From Allosphingosinicella sp. (lineage in GTDB: Bacteria > Pseudomonadota > Alphaproteobacteria > Sphingomonadales > Sphingomonadaceae): 64,000 bases of DNA. The translations under genes and the position numbers were made by a program. Positions 1-10,271 of the stretch are shown one piece after another. Location: NCBI GenBank assembly GCA_036262495.1, contig DATAIU010000077.1:1108-65107 (forward strand), written 5' to 3'. The notes under the pieces are model-generated. The model searched no databases, had not been told where the DNA came from, and saw only the letters and a list, made by a program, of their open reading frames with translations. Numbering within the stretch: position 1 is the stretch's first letter; each line of letters begins with the position of its first letter.

Positions 1-458
1 TGGCCAAGGAAATGCAGGACGAGGTGCTCTTCACCGATTCGAAGATGAACAAGGCCAATTGGCAGACCGGTGCCGCCGGCGTCGCCGGGATCATCGGCCT
101 CGGCCTCGGCTGGTGGTGGGCCGATTCGATCGCGGCGGCCTTCATCTCCGTCGGAATCATCGCGGACGGCTGGAAGGCGCTGCGCATCGCGGCCGCCGAG
201 CTGATCGACGGAGTCCCGCGGGCGCTCGGCTCGATCGAGGAGGACCCGGAAGCCAGGAAGCTCACCCGAAAGCTGCAAGAGCGATATCCTGGCGCCGATA
301 TCCGGCTGCGCGAGACCGGCCGCTACATCCATGCAGAGGTCTGCGGCGTCGAGCCCGATGCCCGCCAGGATCTCGCGGCCTTATGGCCCGGAGCGAAGAA
401 GCGCGCTTGGCGTCTCGCCCAGCTGAGCTTCGTGCCGCCCCATCAGGAAGAGGCGTAG
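1..458 (+). CDS. cation diffusion facilitator (CDF) family metal exporter, C-terminal part (5' end outside window)
   Basis: The reading frame is open to the window edge. A last TM helix (GIIGLGLGWWWADSIAAAFISVGII) is followed by a cytoplasmic C-terminal domain (ADIRLRETGRYIHAEVCGVEP), as in CzcD-like CDF proteins. Confidence 0.65.
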   Translation, partial: AKEMQDEVLFTDSKMNKANWQTGAAGVAGIIGLGLGWWWADSIAAAFISVGIIADGWKALRIAAAELIDGVPRALGSIEEDPEARKLTRKLQERYPGADIRLRETGRYIHAEVCGVEPDARQDLAALWPGAKKRAWRLAQLSFVPPHQEEA

Positions 459-874
459 GTGATCGAGGGCGCCGACGCGGCGTCGATATAGGGCAGGGCG
501 ATGGCGTAGAGCGCGAGGCCGATCAGGATCAGGGCGGTGAGGATCATTCCGATCGTCCGTAGGCGAAGCGGATCGGGCCGGGGACGCGACATTCCGAGGC
601 CGTGGCAGATGCGGGCGAGGATGAAGACCAGGGTGACGATCCACAGCGGGAGCGAAGAGCCCTTGGCCGCCTCGACCAGGCCGAGCAGGATCAGGAAGAA
701 GGGCGCGTTCTCGATGTAATTGGCCTGCGCGCGCATCGCCGCGATCAGCGCCTCGTTGCCGCCATCCCCGATCGACACCTTGTGGGCCATGCGCAGCCGG
801 CCGATCCGCATCCCGAGCCAGATGTTGAGCAGAACCGCGGCGCCCGCGGCGGTTAGCGTGATCGGCAGAATCAT
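443..874 (-). CDS. MAPEG family membrane protein
   Basis: Within ORF 443..1036 the plausible start is the ATG at 874 (MILPITLTAAGAAVLLNIWLG...). The 143-aa product has 4 hydrophobic helices, a GDGGNEALIAAMRAQANYIENAPFFL motif typical of MAPEG/inner-membrane YecN-like proteins, and high GC3. Confidence 0.65.
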   Translation of the reverse strand: MILPITLTAAGAAVLLNIWLGMRIGRLRMAHKVSIGDGGNEALIAAMRAQANYIENAPFFLILLGLVEAAKGSSLPLWIVTLVFILARICHGLGMSRPRPDPLRLRTIGMILTALILIGLALYAIALPYIDAASAPSITYASS

Positions 875-1068
875 GGCGTTCCTCCCCCTCGTCGGGGGGA
901 GGCGTCGCATGGCCCGTGCGCGCTTGCAACAGCGGGCGAAATCGCTATAGGGCGGCTCGCTCACGCGTGCGCAATCCGGCCGCCATGGTCCGCGGCCGAC
1001 CCGCCGCTTAACATGGGCCTCAAGCGCTCGCCACATCAGTAGCCGATTAGATTGGAACAGGTGCCAGG

Positions 1069-1248
1069 ATGGCCGTCCCCAAAAGAAAAACCACGCCGTC
1101 GAAGCGCAACATGCGCCGCAGCCATCACGCGCTGAAGCCGGTCAATTATCAGGAATGCCCGAATTGCGGGGAGCTTCGGCTGCCGCACAATCTGTGCGCG
1201 GGCTGCGGCCATTATAACGGGCGTGAAATTCGCCCGGTCGAGGCGTAA
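1069..1248 (+). CDS. rpmF: 50S ribosomal protein L32
   Basis: Absent from the ORF track (59 aa). Translation is [59 protein letters not shown], with the classic MAVPKRKTS-type N-terminus and CxxC..CxxC zinc ribbon. It sits upstream of plsX-fabH as in many bacteria. Confidence 0.95.
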   Translation: MAVPKRKTTPSKRNMRRSHHALKPVNYQECPNCGELRLPHNLCAGCGHYNGREIRPVEA

Positions 1249-1279
1249 GACCGCGGCGGACTTTCGGGAGACCGCATAA

Positions 1280-2326
1280 GTGGGCAGCGCGCCGCGGATC
1301 GCAATCGACGCGATGGGCGGCGATGTCGGGCCCGAGATGATGCTTGCCGGGGCCGCCCGCGCCTGGCGCCGCCGCCAGGACATCTCCTTCATCCTCTTCG
1401 GCGGCGAGCGGGCGCTCCGCGCCGAGCTCGACAAGCACGAGGCGATCGCGTCGGTGTGCACCATCGTCCATGCGGAGGACGTGATCAGCGCGGACGACAA
1501 GCCGAGCCAGGCGATCCGCCGGGCCAAGACGACCTCGATGGGCATGGCGATCGCCGCGGTGAAGGCTGGCGAGGCGCAGGCCGCCGTCTCGGCCGGCAAT
1601 ACCGGCGCGCTGATGGCCATGTCGAAGCTGGCGCTCAGGACCATGCCGGGGATCGACCGGCCGGCGCTCGCCGCCTTGTTGCCGACGCTCGGCGAGAACG
1701 ACCTCGTCATGCTCGATCTCGGCGCCAACACGGAGTGCGACCCGAGGAACCTCGTCCAGTTCGCCGTCATGGGGGCGGCCTATGCCCGCGTCGTGCTCGA
1801 TCTCGAAAAGCCGCGCGTCCAGCTGCTCAACATCGGCACCGAGGAATTGAAGGGCACCGACGAGCTGAAGGAGGCCGCCGCCATCCTGCGCGAGGCCGAT
1901 TATCTGGGCATGCGCTTCGACGGCTTCATCGAGGGGGATAAGCTCAGCCGCGGCGACGTCGACGTCGTCGTGACCGACGGCTTTTCGGGGAATATCGCGC
2001 TGAAGTCGCTCGAAGGGACGGCGCGCTTCGTCACCGATCTTCTCCGCCGGGCCTTCCAGAGCTCGGTCCGCTCGAAGATCGGCTTTTTGATCTCGCGCCC
2101 GGCGACCGAGCTTTTGAAGCACCATCTGGATCCCAACAACCATAACGGTGCGGTCTTCCTCGGTTTGAACGGCCTCGTGGTGAAGAGCCACGGCAGCGCC
2201 AACGAGAAAGGCGTCGCCAACGCCATTCGCGTCGCGGCGCGGATGGTGCGCGAGGACCTGACCCGAAAGATCATCGAGGATCTCGACAATATCGCCGCCC
2301 ACCGGGCGCAGATCGCGGCCAAGTGA
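1280..2326 (+). CDS. plsX: phosphate acyltransferase PlsX
   Basis: GTG start. The N-terminus [17 protein letters not shown] and the motifs [10 protein letters not shown] and HGS match PlsX. Synteny is rpmF-plsX-fabH. Confidence 0.93.
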   Translation: MGSAPRIAIDAMGGDVGPEMMLAGAARAWRRRQDISFILFGGERALRAELDKHEAIASVCTIVHAEDVISADDKPSQAIRRAKTTSMGMAIAAVKAGEAQAAVSAGNTGALMAMSKLALRTMPGIDRPALAALLPTLGENDLVMLDLGANTECDPRNLVQFAVMGAAYARVVLDLEKPRVQLLNIGTEELKGTDELKEAAAILREADYLGMRFDGFIEGDKLSRGDVDVVVTDGFSGNIALKSLEGTARFVTDLLRRAFQSSVRSKIGFLISRPATELLKHHLDPNNHNGAVFLGLNGLVVKSHGSANEKGVANAIRVAARMVREDLTRKIIEDLDNIAAHRAQIAAK

Positions 2327-3285
2327 GCCGCCGCTCGATCATCGTCGGCACCGGCTCGGCGCTTCCGCCGCGGCGGGTGACCAATGCCGAGCTCGCCGAG
2401 CGCGTCGACACCACGCACCAGTGGATCGTCGAGCGGACCGGCATCGAGGCGCGTCACATCGCCGCCGACGGCGAGACCACCGCGACCCTGGCCACCGAAG
2501 CGGCGCAAAACGCCTTGGCGGCGGCCGGCGTCGCGGCGGACCGGATCGGCCTCATCGTCCTCGCAACGGCTACTCCGGACCAGACCTTCCCGGCGAGCGC
2601 CACCCGTGTCCAGACCGCGCTCGGAATCGACGATTGCATCGCCTTCGACGTCGCCGCCGTCTGCACCGGCTTCCTCTATGCGCTCTCGGTCGCCGACAAC
2701 ATGCTGAAGGGCGGCATGGCCGAATATGCTTTGGTCATCGGATCGGAGACGTTCAGCCGGATCCTCGACTGGGAGGACCGCGCGACCTGCGTCCTGTTCG
2801 GCGACGGGGCCGGCGCGATCCTGCTCCGCTCGGTCGACGCGCAGGACAAGGGGGTGCTGGCAACCAAGCTCCACGCCGACGGGCGCCACAACGATCTCCT
2901 CTTCGTCGACGGCGGCGTCTCGACGACCGGCACGGTCGGCAAGCTTCGGATGAAGGGGAAGGAGGTCTTCCGCCACGCCGTCGTCAACCTCGCCGCGGTG
3001 CTGAACGAGACGCTGGAGGCCGCCGGCCACACCGCCGACGAGGTCGACTGGGTGGTCCCGCACCAGGCCAACAAGCGGATCCTCGACGCGACCGCGAAGA
3101 AGCTCGGGCTCGATCCGGACCGGATCATCGTCACGGTCGACCAGCATGCCAACACTTCGGCGGCCTCGGTCCCGCTGGCCCTCGACACCGCCGTCAAGGA
3201 CGGGCGGATCAAGCCGGGCGACCTCATCGTGCTCGAGGCGATGGGCGGCGGTTTCACCTGGGGCGCCGCGGTGGTGCGCTACTGA
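2323..3285 (+). CDS. fabH: 3-oxoacyl-ACP synthase III (KAS III)
   Basis: The GTG start overlaps the plsX stop (GTGA). Motifs: [17 protein letters not shown], the active-site Cys context ([13 protein letters not shown]), HQANKRIL and GGGFTWGA. Confidence 0.93.
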   Translation: MSRRSIIVGTGSALPPRRVTNAELAERVDTTHQWIVERTGIEARHIAADGETTATLATEAAQNALAAAGVAADRIGLIVLATATPDQTFPASATRVQTALGIDDCIAFDVAAVCTGFLYALSVADNMLKGGMAEYALVIGSETFSRILDWEDRATCVLFGDGAGAILLRSVDAQDKGVLATKLHADGRHNDLLFVDGGVSTTGTVGKLRMKGKEVFRHAVVNLAAVLNETLEAAGHTADEVDWVVPHQANKRILDATAKKLGLDPDRIIVTVDQHANTSAASVPLALDTAVKDGRIKPGDLIVLEAMGGGFTWGAAVVRY

Positions 3286-3307
3286 GGGCGCTCGCCGCAA
3301 AGGCCGT

Positions 3308-3336
3308 TTGCACATAAGATCAAGCTAGACTATGCA
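3308..3336 (+). promoter_or_regulatory. candidate sigma70-type promoter for ihfA (TTGCAC-N17-TATGCA)
   Basis: An AT-rich island lies in an otherwise GC-rich intergenic region. TTGCAC is at 3308-3313, followed by a 17-nt spacer and TATGCA at 3331-3336, about 30 nt upstream of the ihfA ATG. This is pattern match only. Confidence 0.35.
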
Positions 3337-3367
3337 CTTACCTTGTCCTCGGGGGGAGGGAGAACCC

Positions 3368-3688
3368 ATGGCCGACGCAGGCACTATCAGGCGGAACGAC
3401 GCCGGAACCTTGACGCGGGCGGACCTCGCCGACGTCATCCACAGGGAGATCGGCCTTTCGCGCGCCGAGTCGGCCGGGCTGGTGGAGCGGATCCTTCACC
3501 ATATGTGTCACGCCCTGTCCGACGGCCACAACGTCAAGATTTCCGGCTTCGGCAGCTTCATCCTGCGCGACAAGGGCGAGCGGGTCGGCCGCAACCCGAA
3601 GACCGGCGTCGAAGTGCCGATCGCCCCGCGCCGAGTCCTCACCTTCCGCGCCAGTCAGCTGATGCGCGAGCGGATCGCCCGCGGCTGA
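3368..3688 (+). CDS. ihfA: integration host factor subunit alpha
   Basis: ATG at 3368 is preceded by [36 protein letters not shown]...[37 protein letters not shown] is the HU/IHF fold with the IHF-alpha signature. Confidence 0.9.
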   Translation: MADAGTIRRNDAGTLTRADLADVIHREIGLSRAESAGLVERILHHMCHALSDGHNVKISGFGSFILRDKGERVGRNPKTGVEVPIAPRRVLTFRASQLMRERIARG

Positions 3689-3696
3689 GCCGCGCC

Positions 3697-4077
3697 ATGG
3701 CCGAGGCCGGCAAGAGCGAACAGGCGTTCCGGACGATCGGCGAGCTCGCCGCCGATCTCGGCGTCCCGCAGCATATCCTGCGCTACTGGGAAAGCCGCTT
3801 CCCGCAGCTGAAGCCGCTGCAGCGGGCCGGGAACCGCCGCTACTATCGCCCGGCGGACGTTGCGCTGGCCCGGCGGATCCATCGCCTGCTCAACCAGGAC
3901 GGCTATACGATCCGCGGCGTCCAGCAGCTCCTCGCCGGCAGCTCGCCGGAGGAAGCGCCCGCTCCCCCCGCCCAGCCGGCGGCCGAGCCGAACGCCGCGC
4001 CTACCGCCTTCCCCGTCGAGGAGCTGCGGACGATCCGCGACACGCTCGCGCGCGCGCTCGAGGCGAGCGCGGCCTAA
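3697..4077 (+). CDS. MerR family transcriptional regulator
   Basis: The N-terminal HTH ([55 protein letters not shown]) is typical of MerR-like regulators and commonly follows ihfA in alphaproteobacteria. Confidence 0.85.
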   Translation: MAEAGKSEQAFRTIGELAADLGVPQHILRYWESRFPQLKPLQRAGNRRYYRPADVALARRIHRLLNQDGYTIRGVQQLLAGSSPEEAPAPPAQPAAEPNAAPTAFPVEELRTIRDTLARALEASAA

Positions 4078-4601
4078 TCCTCCGGGCCCAGTTCCGGGTC
4101 CAGGTCGCGCGGCCGGATGAAGCGGCGAAGCTCGCCGCTGCCAGGCTTTACCTTCCGCCAGCTGTCGACCGGAACGGCGATCTCGGCCAGAGTGGCGGTC
4201 GGATATTTGAGCGCAACCTCGTCCCGCAACTCTCCTCCCCCTGTCAGCGAGAGCGTGAGCATCTCCAGGCCGGGATTATGGCCGACGATCAGCAGCGTCC
4301 CCGCGTCTGGCGGGGCTTTTCGGACGAGGTCGAGGAGCGTCTCGGGCGACGCGAGGTAGAGCCTGTCGTCGTAGCGCGGCTCGAGCGGGCCGAAAGCCGC
4401 GGCGATTTCCGCGATGGTCTCTACGACGCGCGTCGCAGGGGAGGCGAGGACCGCATCGAAGCGAAGGCCGAGCGCGTGCATCTCGTTCGCCACGGTGCGC
4501 GCCGCCCGCCGCCCACGGGGATTGAGCGGCCGGTCGAAATCGCGCGCGATCGGATCGTCCCAGCCCGATTTGGCGTGGCGCAGCAGCGTCAGGATCTTCA
4601 T
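4074..4601 (-). CDS. histidine phosphatase family protein (SixA-like)
   Basis: N-terminal RHAKS (RHG-type catalytic motif), an internal RGRRAA and the downstream GHNPG motif. Confidence 0.8.
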   Translation of the reverse strand: MKILTLLRHAKSGWDDPIARDFDRPLNPRGRRAARTVANEMHALGLRFDAVLASPATRVVETIAEIAAAFGPLEPRYDDRLYLASPETLLDLVRKAPPDAGTLLIVGHNPGLEMLTLSLTGGGELRDEVALKYPTATLAEIAVPVDSWRKVKPGSGELRRFIRPRDLDPELGPED

Positions 4602-7324
4602 TCCGCCTCTTCGGGCAGCCTCTCCAGCGGGGCGTGATGCCCGAAACCGACCGCACTTGAAAGGCGGGCGCGGACCCGCTCGACCGCTTCGGCAAGGCCG
4701 ACGCGCCGGATCGGCGTGCCGGGTGGAAAGGCCGCGAGGAGGCGGCTCGGCGTGGCTGCGGAGAGCAGGACGAAGACGCCCCTGTCGCCCTCCCGGCGGA
4801 TCAGCCGTCCAAAGGCCTGGGCGAGGCGGGCGCGGACGACGCGGTCGTCATAGGCGGTGCCGCCGCCGGCCGCGCGCCGGGCCGCGTGGAGCACGGTCGG
4901 CCGCGGCCAGGGCACGCCTTCCATGACGACGAGGCGGAGCGAATGGCCCGGCACGTCGACCCCGTCCCTCAGCGCGTCGGTGCCGAGCAGCGAGGCGTGC
5001 GGGTCGTCGCGGAAGATGTCGACAAGGGTCCCCGTGTCGATCGGGTCGACATGCTGGGCGTAGAGCGGCAGGCCGGCGCGGGCGAGGCGGTCGGCGATGC
5101 GGGCGTGGACGGCTTTCAGGCGCTGGATGGCGGTGAAGAGGCCGAGCGTGCCGCCCTCAGCCGCCTCGATCAGCCGCGAATAGGCGCCGGCCAGCTGGGC
5201 GACGTCGCCGCGCTTGACGTCGGTGACGATCAGCACCTCGCTGTTGGCCGCATAATCGAACGGGCTCGGCGCCGTGAAGCGGCCGGCCGGAGCGCCGACA
5301 TGGGCCGCGCCGGTGCGCGCCTCGGCGCTCTCCCATCCTTCCGCGCCGCGCAAAGTCGCGGAGGTCACGACGACGCTGTGCGCCGGCTTCAGCACCACCT
5401 CGGCGAGGGGCCGGGTCGGGTCGAGCCAGTGGCGGTGGAGGCCGATGTCGAACTCGCGCCCCTCGATCCGCTCGACCGCAAGCCAGTCGACGAAATCCGC
5501 GTCCGCGGGGCCGCCGATCCGCGCCGCGAGAGCGATCCAGGCGCCGAGCGTCTGGGTCCGCAAGGAGAGACCGCCGATCGCGCCCTCGATCCGCGCGCGC
5601 GCCTGGCCGTCGAGCCAGTCGGGGGCATCCTCGAGCACCGCTTCCAGCCGCCGGGCGAGAGCCATGAGCGGCCGCATAAGCTGCTCCAGCGCCTCGGCCG
5701 CGGGCGCGGCGGCGGCGACGATGTCGCCGTCGAGCTCCGCCATCTCGGTCTCGAGCCCGTAGCCGGCGTCCTGCGCGGTGGCGCGGGCGTAGACGGTACC
5801 GCGCACCGCTGCGAGCAGCTTTTCGACCGGGCCGAATGGCATGCCCTCGGCGATCCGTCCGATCCAGCCGTCGCCCGGCAGCAGCCCCGCGGCCTCCACT
5901 GCGGCGTCGAGTGCCAGCGCGCCGGCCTCGTCGTAGGAGACGACGTCCATCAGCCGGGCGGCGAGGCCGCGGCGCCGCCCGCGCGACTTGCCTTCGGGCC
6001 CGACGATCCAGCGCCGGAGCTCGATCGCTTCCTGGCCGGTCAGCGCCGCGGCGAAGGTCGAATCGGCGGCCTCGAACAGGTGATGGCCCTCGTCGAAGAC
6101 GATGCGGGTGGGCGGATTGCCGCCGTCGCGGCCGCGGGTCGCGTTGACCATCACGAGCGCGTGGTTGGCGATGACGATGTCGGCCGCAGCGCTCGCCCGC
6201 GCGGATCGCTCGATGAAACATTTCCGGTAATGCGGGCAGCCGGCATAGACGCATTCGCCGCGCCGGTCGGTGAGCGCGGTCGAGCCGGCGCGCCGGAAGA
6301 GGGTCGGCAGCCAGCCCGGCATGTCGCCGCCGATCATGTCGCCGTCCTTCGTATAGGCCGCCCAGCGCGCCGCCAATTGTGCGAGGATCGCGGCGCGCCC
6401 CGCAAAGCCCCCTTGCAGCGCGTCCTCGAGATTGAGCAGGCAGAGATAATTCTCCCGCCCCTTGCGGACAACGACCTTGGCGCGCCGCTCGGCCGCATCG
6501 GGGAAGAGGCGCAGCCCCTCGCGGTCGAGCTGGCGCTGCAGCGCCTTGGTGTAGGTCGACACCCAGACGGCGCCATCGGCTTTCTCGGACCAGAGCGAAG
6601 CCGGCGCGAGATAGCCGAGCGTCTTGCCGATCCCCGTTCCCGCCTCGGCGAGCAGCATGTTCGGCTGACCCTCGGCCCGGCGCGGCGCGAACACGCCCGC
6701 GGCCGCGGACGTGTAGTCGCGCTGACCGGTGCGCACCTCCGCGCCGCTGCCGACGAGACGGGCCAGCCGTCCGAGCGCCTCGGCCTCGTCGAGTCGCACG
6801 GTGCGCGGCGGCGGCCGCTCGTTCCCTTCCTCCCATTCCGGCAAGCGCGAGAACAGCCAGCGCTCGTCCCGCTCCGGGCGCTTCAGGCGCTGGGCGATCG
6901 CCGGAGCCCACGACCAGTGCATTCGCCAGAGGGCCTGCGCCGAGGCCCAAGCGCCCTCGCGCTCCGGCCAGTCGCCCTCCAGCGTCGCGAGGAGCCTCTG
7001 GGCCGCAGCGACCAGGAAGGGCGCCGCCGCCCCGTCGTCTGCAGGTACCTCCAGCCCGAGCGCTCCGGCGAGACCGCGCGGCGTGGGCACGGCAAAGCGC
7101 GCCGGGTGCACGAAGGCATAGAGCTCGAGCAGGTCGAGGCCGGAAAGATCGGGATAGCCGAGGCGCTGGCCCACGAGCGGCGCGTTCAGCATGATCGTTG
7201 GCGTCTCGGCGGCGCGCGCGATCGCCTCGCCCCGCCCGAGCGCGCGAACCTCTCCGCCGGGCGCCGCGAGCCATATGCCTGCGTGGGTTGCGTGGAGCGC
7301 GGGATAAGGCAAAGAAGCGGCCAT
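4598..7324 (-). CDS. ATP-dependent DNA helicase, DinG/XPD (Rad3) family with Fe-S cluster cysteines
   Basis: 907 aa. Walker A AEAGTGIGKT, DEGH box (VFDEGHHL), a Cys cluster (YLCLL...CVYAGCPHYRKC) and C-terminal helicase motifs (TSATL, LLGTDALRDGVDVPG). Confidence 0.85.
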   Translation of the reverse strand: MAASLPYPALHATHAGIWLAAPGGEVRALGRGEAIARAAETPTIMLNAPLVGQRLGYPDLSGLDLLELYAFVHPARFAVPTPRGLAGALGLEVPADDGAAAPFLVAAAQRLLATLEGDWPEREGAWASAQALWRMHWSWAPAIAQRLKRPERDERWLFSRLPEWEEGNERPPPRTVRLDEAEALGRLARLVGSGAEVRTGQRDYTSAAAGVFAPRRAEGQPNMLLAEAGTGIGKTLGYLAPASLWSEKADGAVWVSTYTKALQRQLDREGLRLFPDAAERRAKVVVRKGRENYLCLLNLEDALQGGFAGRAAILAQLAARWAAYTKDGDMIGGDMPGWLPTLFRRAGSTALTDRRGECVYAGCPHYRKCFIERSARASAAADIVIANHALVMVNATRGRDGGNPPTRIVFDEGHHLFEAADSTFAAALTGQEAIELRRWIVGPEGKSRGRRRGLAARLMDVVSYDEAGALALDAAVEAAGLLPGDGWIGRIAEGMPFGPVEKLLAAVRGTVYARATAQDAGYGLETEMAELDGDIVAAAAPAAEALEQLMRPLMALARRLEAVLEDAPDWLDGQARARIEGAIGGLSLRTQTLGAWIALAARIGGPADADFVDWLAVERIEGREFDIGLHRHWLDPTRPLAEVVLKPAHSVVVTSATLRGAEGWESAEARTGAAHVGAPAGRFTAPSPFDYAANSEVLIVTDVKRGDVAQLAGAYSRLIEAAEGGTLGLFTAIQRLKAVHARIADRLARAGLPLYAQHVDPIDTGTLVDIFRDDPHASLLGTDALRDGVDVPGHSLRLVVMEGVPWPRPTVLHAARRAAGGGTAYDDRVVRARLAQAFGRLIRREGDRGVFVLLSAATPSRLLAAFPPGTPIRRVGLAEAVERVRARLSSAVGFGHHAPLERLPEEAE

Positions 7325-7362
7325 TCCACTACATCTGGATCAGCCGGAACGAAAGGGCAACA

Positions 7363-8946
7363 GTGACCGTCTCGCAGGAGCTTCACTCCGCCGCACTCGT
7401 CTCCAAGGCCTGGCCGTACGAGGAAGCGCGCCGGCTGATGAAGCGCTACCCGGACGGGCCGGGCGAGCGCGGGATCGTCTTCGAGACCGGCTACGGCCCG
7501 TCGGGCCTGCCGCACCTCGGCACCTTCCAGGAGGTGGCGCGTACGCTCATGGTCAAGCACGCGCTCTCGGAACTGACCGACTGGCCCAGCCGGCTGATCG
7601 CCTTCTCCGACGACATGGACGGCATGCGCAAGGTGCCGCCCGGCGTGCCGCACCAGGAGATGATGCATCAGCATCTCGACCAGCCGCTCAGCGGCGTGCC
7701 GGACCCCTATGGCTGCGGCCACGAAAGCTATGCCGCGCACAACAACAACCTGCTGCGCCAGTTCCTCGACCGGTTCGGCTTCGAATATGAGTTCCTGGCT
7801 TCATCGGACTGCTACCGCTCAGGCCGCTTTGACGAGGCGCTGCGCCAGGTGCTGCGCCGCTACGACGCGATCCTCGCGGTCATGCTGCCGACTCTGCGCG
7901 ACGAGCGGCGGGCGACCTATTCGCCGGTGCTGCCGATCAGCCCGGAGAGCGGCAAGGTTCTCCAGGTGCCGGTCGAGGTCGTTGACCCGGAGGCGGGGCT
8001 GGTACGCTACCGCGACCCGGCGACCGGCCAGGAGGTCGAGCAGTCGATCCTCGCCGGCGGCGCCAAGCTGCAGTGGAAGGTCGACTGGGCGATGCGCTGG
8101 GTCGCCCTCGGCGTCGATTATGAGATGTCTGGCAAGGACCTTATCGATTCCGTCACCCAGAGCACGAAGATCGCGCGAATCCTCGGTGGGCGTCCGCCGG
8201 AATGCTTCACCTATGAGCTCTTCCTCGACGAGAATGGCGAGAAGATCTCGAAAACCAAGGGCAACGGCGTCACGGTCGACGAGTGGCTCGCTTATGCGCC
8301 TCGGGAGAGCCTCGCTTTCTACATCTACCGGGAGCCGAAAAAGGCGAAGCAATTGAGCTTCGGAATCATCCCCAAGGCGGTCGACGAATACCACCAGTTC
8401 CTCGCCGCCTATCCGCGGCAGGAATGGGACAAGAGGCTGGGGAACCCGGTCCATCACGTCCACGCCGGGCGGGTGCCGGAGGTACGGATGCCGCTCAGCT
8501 TCGCGCTGATCCTCAACCTCGTCGGAGTCGCCTCGACCGACGACAAGGCGCTGCTCTGGGGCTTCGTCAGGCAATATGCGCCCGACGCCAGCCCGGAGAC
8601 GCACCCCGAGCTCGACGCTTTGCTCGGCTACGCGCTCGCTTATTTCCGCGATTTCGTTGCCGGATCGCTCCGCCGCCGCGCCCCGGACGCGCGCGAGGCG
8701 GACGCGCTGAGGGCGCTCGACTCGAAGCTCGCCGCGCTCCCGGAAGATGCGTCGGCCGAACAGATCCAGACCGAGGTCTACGAAGTCGGCAAGGCGGGCG
8801 GATTCGACAATCTGCGCGACTGGTTCAGGGCGCTCTACGAGACGCTGCTCGGCACCAGCCAGGGCCCGCGCATGGGGAGCTTCATCGCGCTCTACGGCAT
8901 CGGCAACAGCCGCCGCCTGATCGGCGAGGCTCTGGCTTCGGAATAG
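7363..8946 (+). CDS. lysK: lysine--tRNA ligase, class I
   Basis: The GTG at 7363 is preceded by AAAGGG. The class I HIGH-type region is GYGPSGLPHLGTFQEVAR and the KMSKS-type loop is GEKISKTKGNG. The 527-aa length is typical of class I LysRS. Confidence 0.88.
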   Translation: MTVSQELHSAALVSKAWPYEEARRLMKRYPDGPGERGIVFETGYGPSGLPHLGTFQEVARTLMVKHALSELTDWPSRLIAFSDDMDGMRKVPPGVPHQEMMHQHLDQPLSGVPDPYGCGHESYAAHNNNLLRQFLDRFGFEYEFLASSDCYRSGRFDEALRQVLRRYDAILAVMLPTLRDERRATYSPVLPISPESGKVLQVPVEVVDPEAGLVRYRDPATGQEVEQSILAGGAKLQWKVDWAMRWVALGVDYEMSGKDLIDSVTQSTKIARILGGRPPECFTYELFLDENGEKISKTKGNGVTVDEWLAYAPRESLAFYIYREPKKAKQLSFGIIPKAVDEYHQFLAAYPRQEWDKRLGNPVHHVHAGRVPEVRMPLSFALILNLVGVASTDDKALLWGFVRQYAPDASPETHPELDALLGYALAYFRDFVAGSLRRRAPDAREADALRALDSKLAALPEDASAEQIQTEVYEVGKAGGFDNLRDWFRALYETLLGTSQGPRMGSFIALYGIGNSRRLIGEALASE

Positions 8947-8966
8947 ACCGCCTGCCCCGCCTGCCC

Positions 8967-10127
8967 TCAGCTCCGGCGCGGACTGCGCCGCGTCATCGGC
9001 CCCGTAGGTTTCACTTCGGCGCTGATCTTTTCCGCCGCCGCGCGCGAGAGGCCGGCGCGCACCAGCGCCTCGGTCAGCGCCTGCTCGGCCGGAACGGCGA
9101 CGTCGGGTGCGATGCCAGTGTCTTCCCAATCCTTGCCGGTGTCGGCGTCGAAGGTCCGGCCGACGGGGATGAAGGCGGAGAAACGGTCGCCGATCGGCTG
9201 AACCCCGCCATAATGGCCGGCGCCGGCGGTGCTCTCGCCGACGATCGTGGCGCGGTGGGTGCGCTTGAGCGCCAGCGTCATATGCTCGGCCGCGGACGCC
9301 GTGGCGCCGGAGGTGAGGACGAAGACCTTCGCCTTGAACAGCCTCTTCTCGGTCTTGCTCGGCTCGACATAATGTTCGTGACGCACGACGTCCCCCGCGG
9401 CTGGGACGACGCGCACCCTGGAATCCTCCACCGGATTGCCGCCCGCTTTATCGACGGAGGCCCGAGTGTCCATCGTCACCAGGGTGGTCGGCTTGGCGAA
9501 GAGATAGGGGAACATGACGTCCATTTCGTCGAGCCCGCCGCCGTGGTGCGTGCGGTTGTCGAAGATGATCGTCCGGGCCGTCGCGTGCTCGGCCATGAAG
9601 CGCCGGACGCCCTCGATCGTCTCTGGATCGCCGGGAAAGACGTTGAAGCGGATATAGGCGATGCGGGGTGCGAGCCAGCGCGCCTCGTCGATCGGTTTCA
9701 GCGGCGTCCTCGCCCGCATCGCCGGCGCGGGGCCCGCCCCGGCGGGAGCCGGACCGGCGGGGCTCGACCCTGGGCCCGACGGGCGGGGCCCGACCCTGAG
9801 GTGCGCATCGGGCGAGACGGCGCGAAGGTCCGCGCCCAGCCGGATGGCGAACTCGCGGCCCGATGTGAAGCCGTCGTAGGCGCCGCTCGCGACATTGGCG
9901 CGCAGCATCGCGCCGTAGCGCTTGGCCACGTCGGGGAAGACATAGTTTTCCTCCAGCTTGGCGGCCAGATCGAGGGCGGTGCGGCGGCATTCCTCGGCCG
10001 TCACCGTGAAATCCTGCGCCGGCCGCGGCGCGGCGCTGGTCGGGGCTGCCCCGGGCGGCGGCGTCTGGGCCGAAAGCGCGGCGGCGGTGCCGGCGAGCAA
10101 GCCGGCGGCGATGTAACGCTTGAACAT
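8967..10127 (-). CDS. S41 family peptidase (tail-specific/IRBP-like), secreted
   Basis: Signal peptide MFKRYIAAGLLAGTAAALSA. S41 core motifs IAYIRFNVF...IIFDNRTHHGGG and VLTSGATASAAEHMTLALK...IVGESTAG. A Pro/Ala/Gly-rich insert lies mid-protein. Confidence 0.7.
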   Translation of the reverse strand: MFKRYIAAGLLAGTAAALSAQTPPPGAAPTSAAPRPAQDFTVTAEECRRTALDLAAKLEENYVFPDVAKRYGAMLRANVASGAYDGFTSGREFAIRLGADLRAVSPDAHLRVGPRPSGPGSSPAGPAPAGAGPAPAMRARTPLKPIDEARWLAPRIAYIRFNVFPGDPETIEGVRRFMAEHATARTIIFDNRTHHGGGLDEMDVMFPYLFAKPTTLVTMDTRASVDKAGGNPVEDSRVRVVPAAGDVVRHEHYVEPSKTEKRLFKAKVFVLTSGATASAAEHMTLALKRTHRATIVGESTAGAGHYGGVQPIGDRFSAFIPVGRTFDADTGKDWEDTGIAPDVAVPAEQALTEALVRAGLSRAAAEKISAEVKPTGPMTRRSPRRS

Positions 10128-10271
10128 GGCAAGTCTCCCAAGAACCCGTGATCGAACCCGTCCGCGAGGGGCGGCGATCCCTGGACCTTATGGCTTGGAA
10201 GAGACGCTTTTTGCGCGATTTTCCGGCCCTTCCTGTGCCACACACGCGCAATTGGACGACATCGGGACGCC

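Noticed and set aside
4886-7366. 826-aa + strand ORF and 705-aa off-frame minus ORF (5157..7274)
   Set aside because: Both overlap the DinG-like helicase gene (4598..7324, minus), which carries Walker A, DEGH and Fe-S motifs. The alternatives are Arg/Gly/Pro-rich artefacts of the high GC content.
8283-10151. 622-aa + strand ORF
   Set aside because: It overlaps the lysK 3' end out of frame and is antisense to the S41 peptidase gene. The translation is low-complexity and Arg/Gly/Pro-rich.
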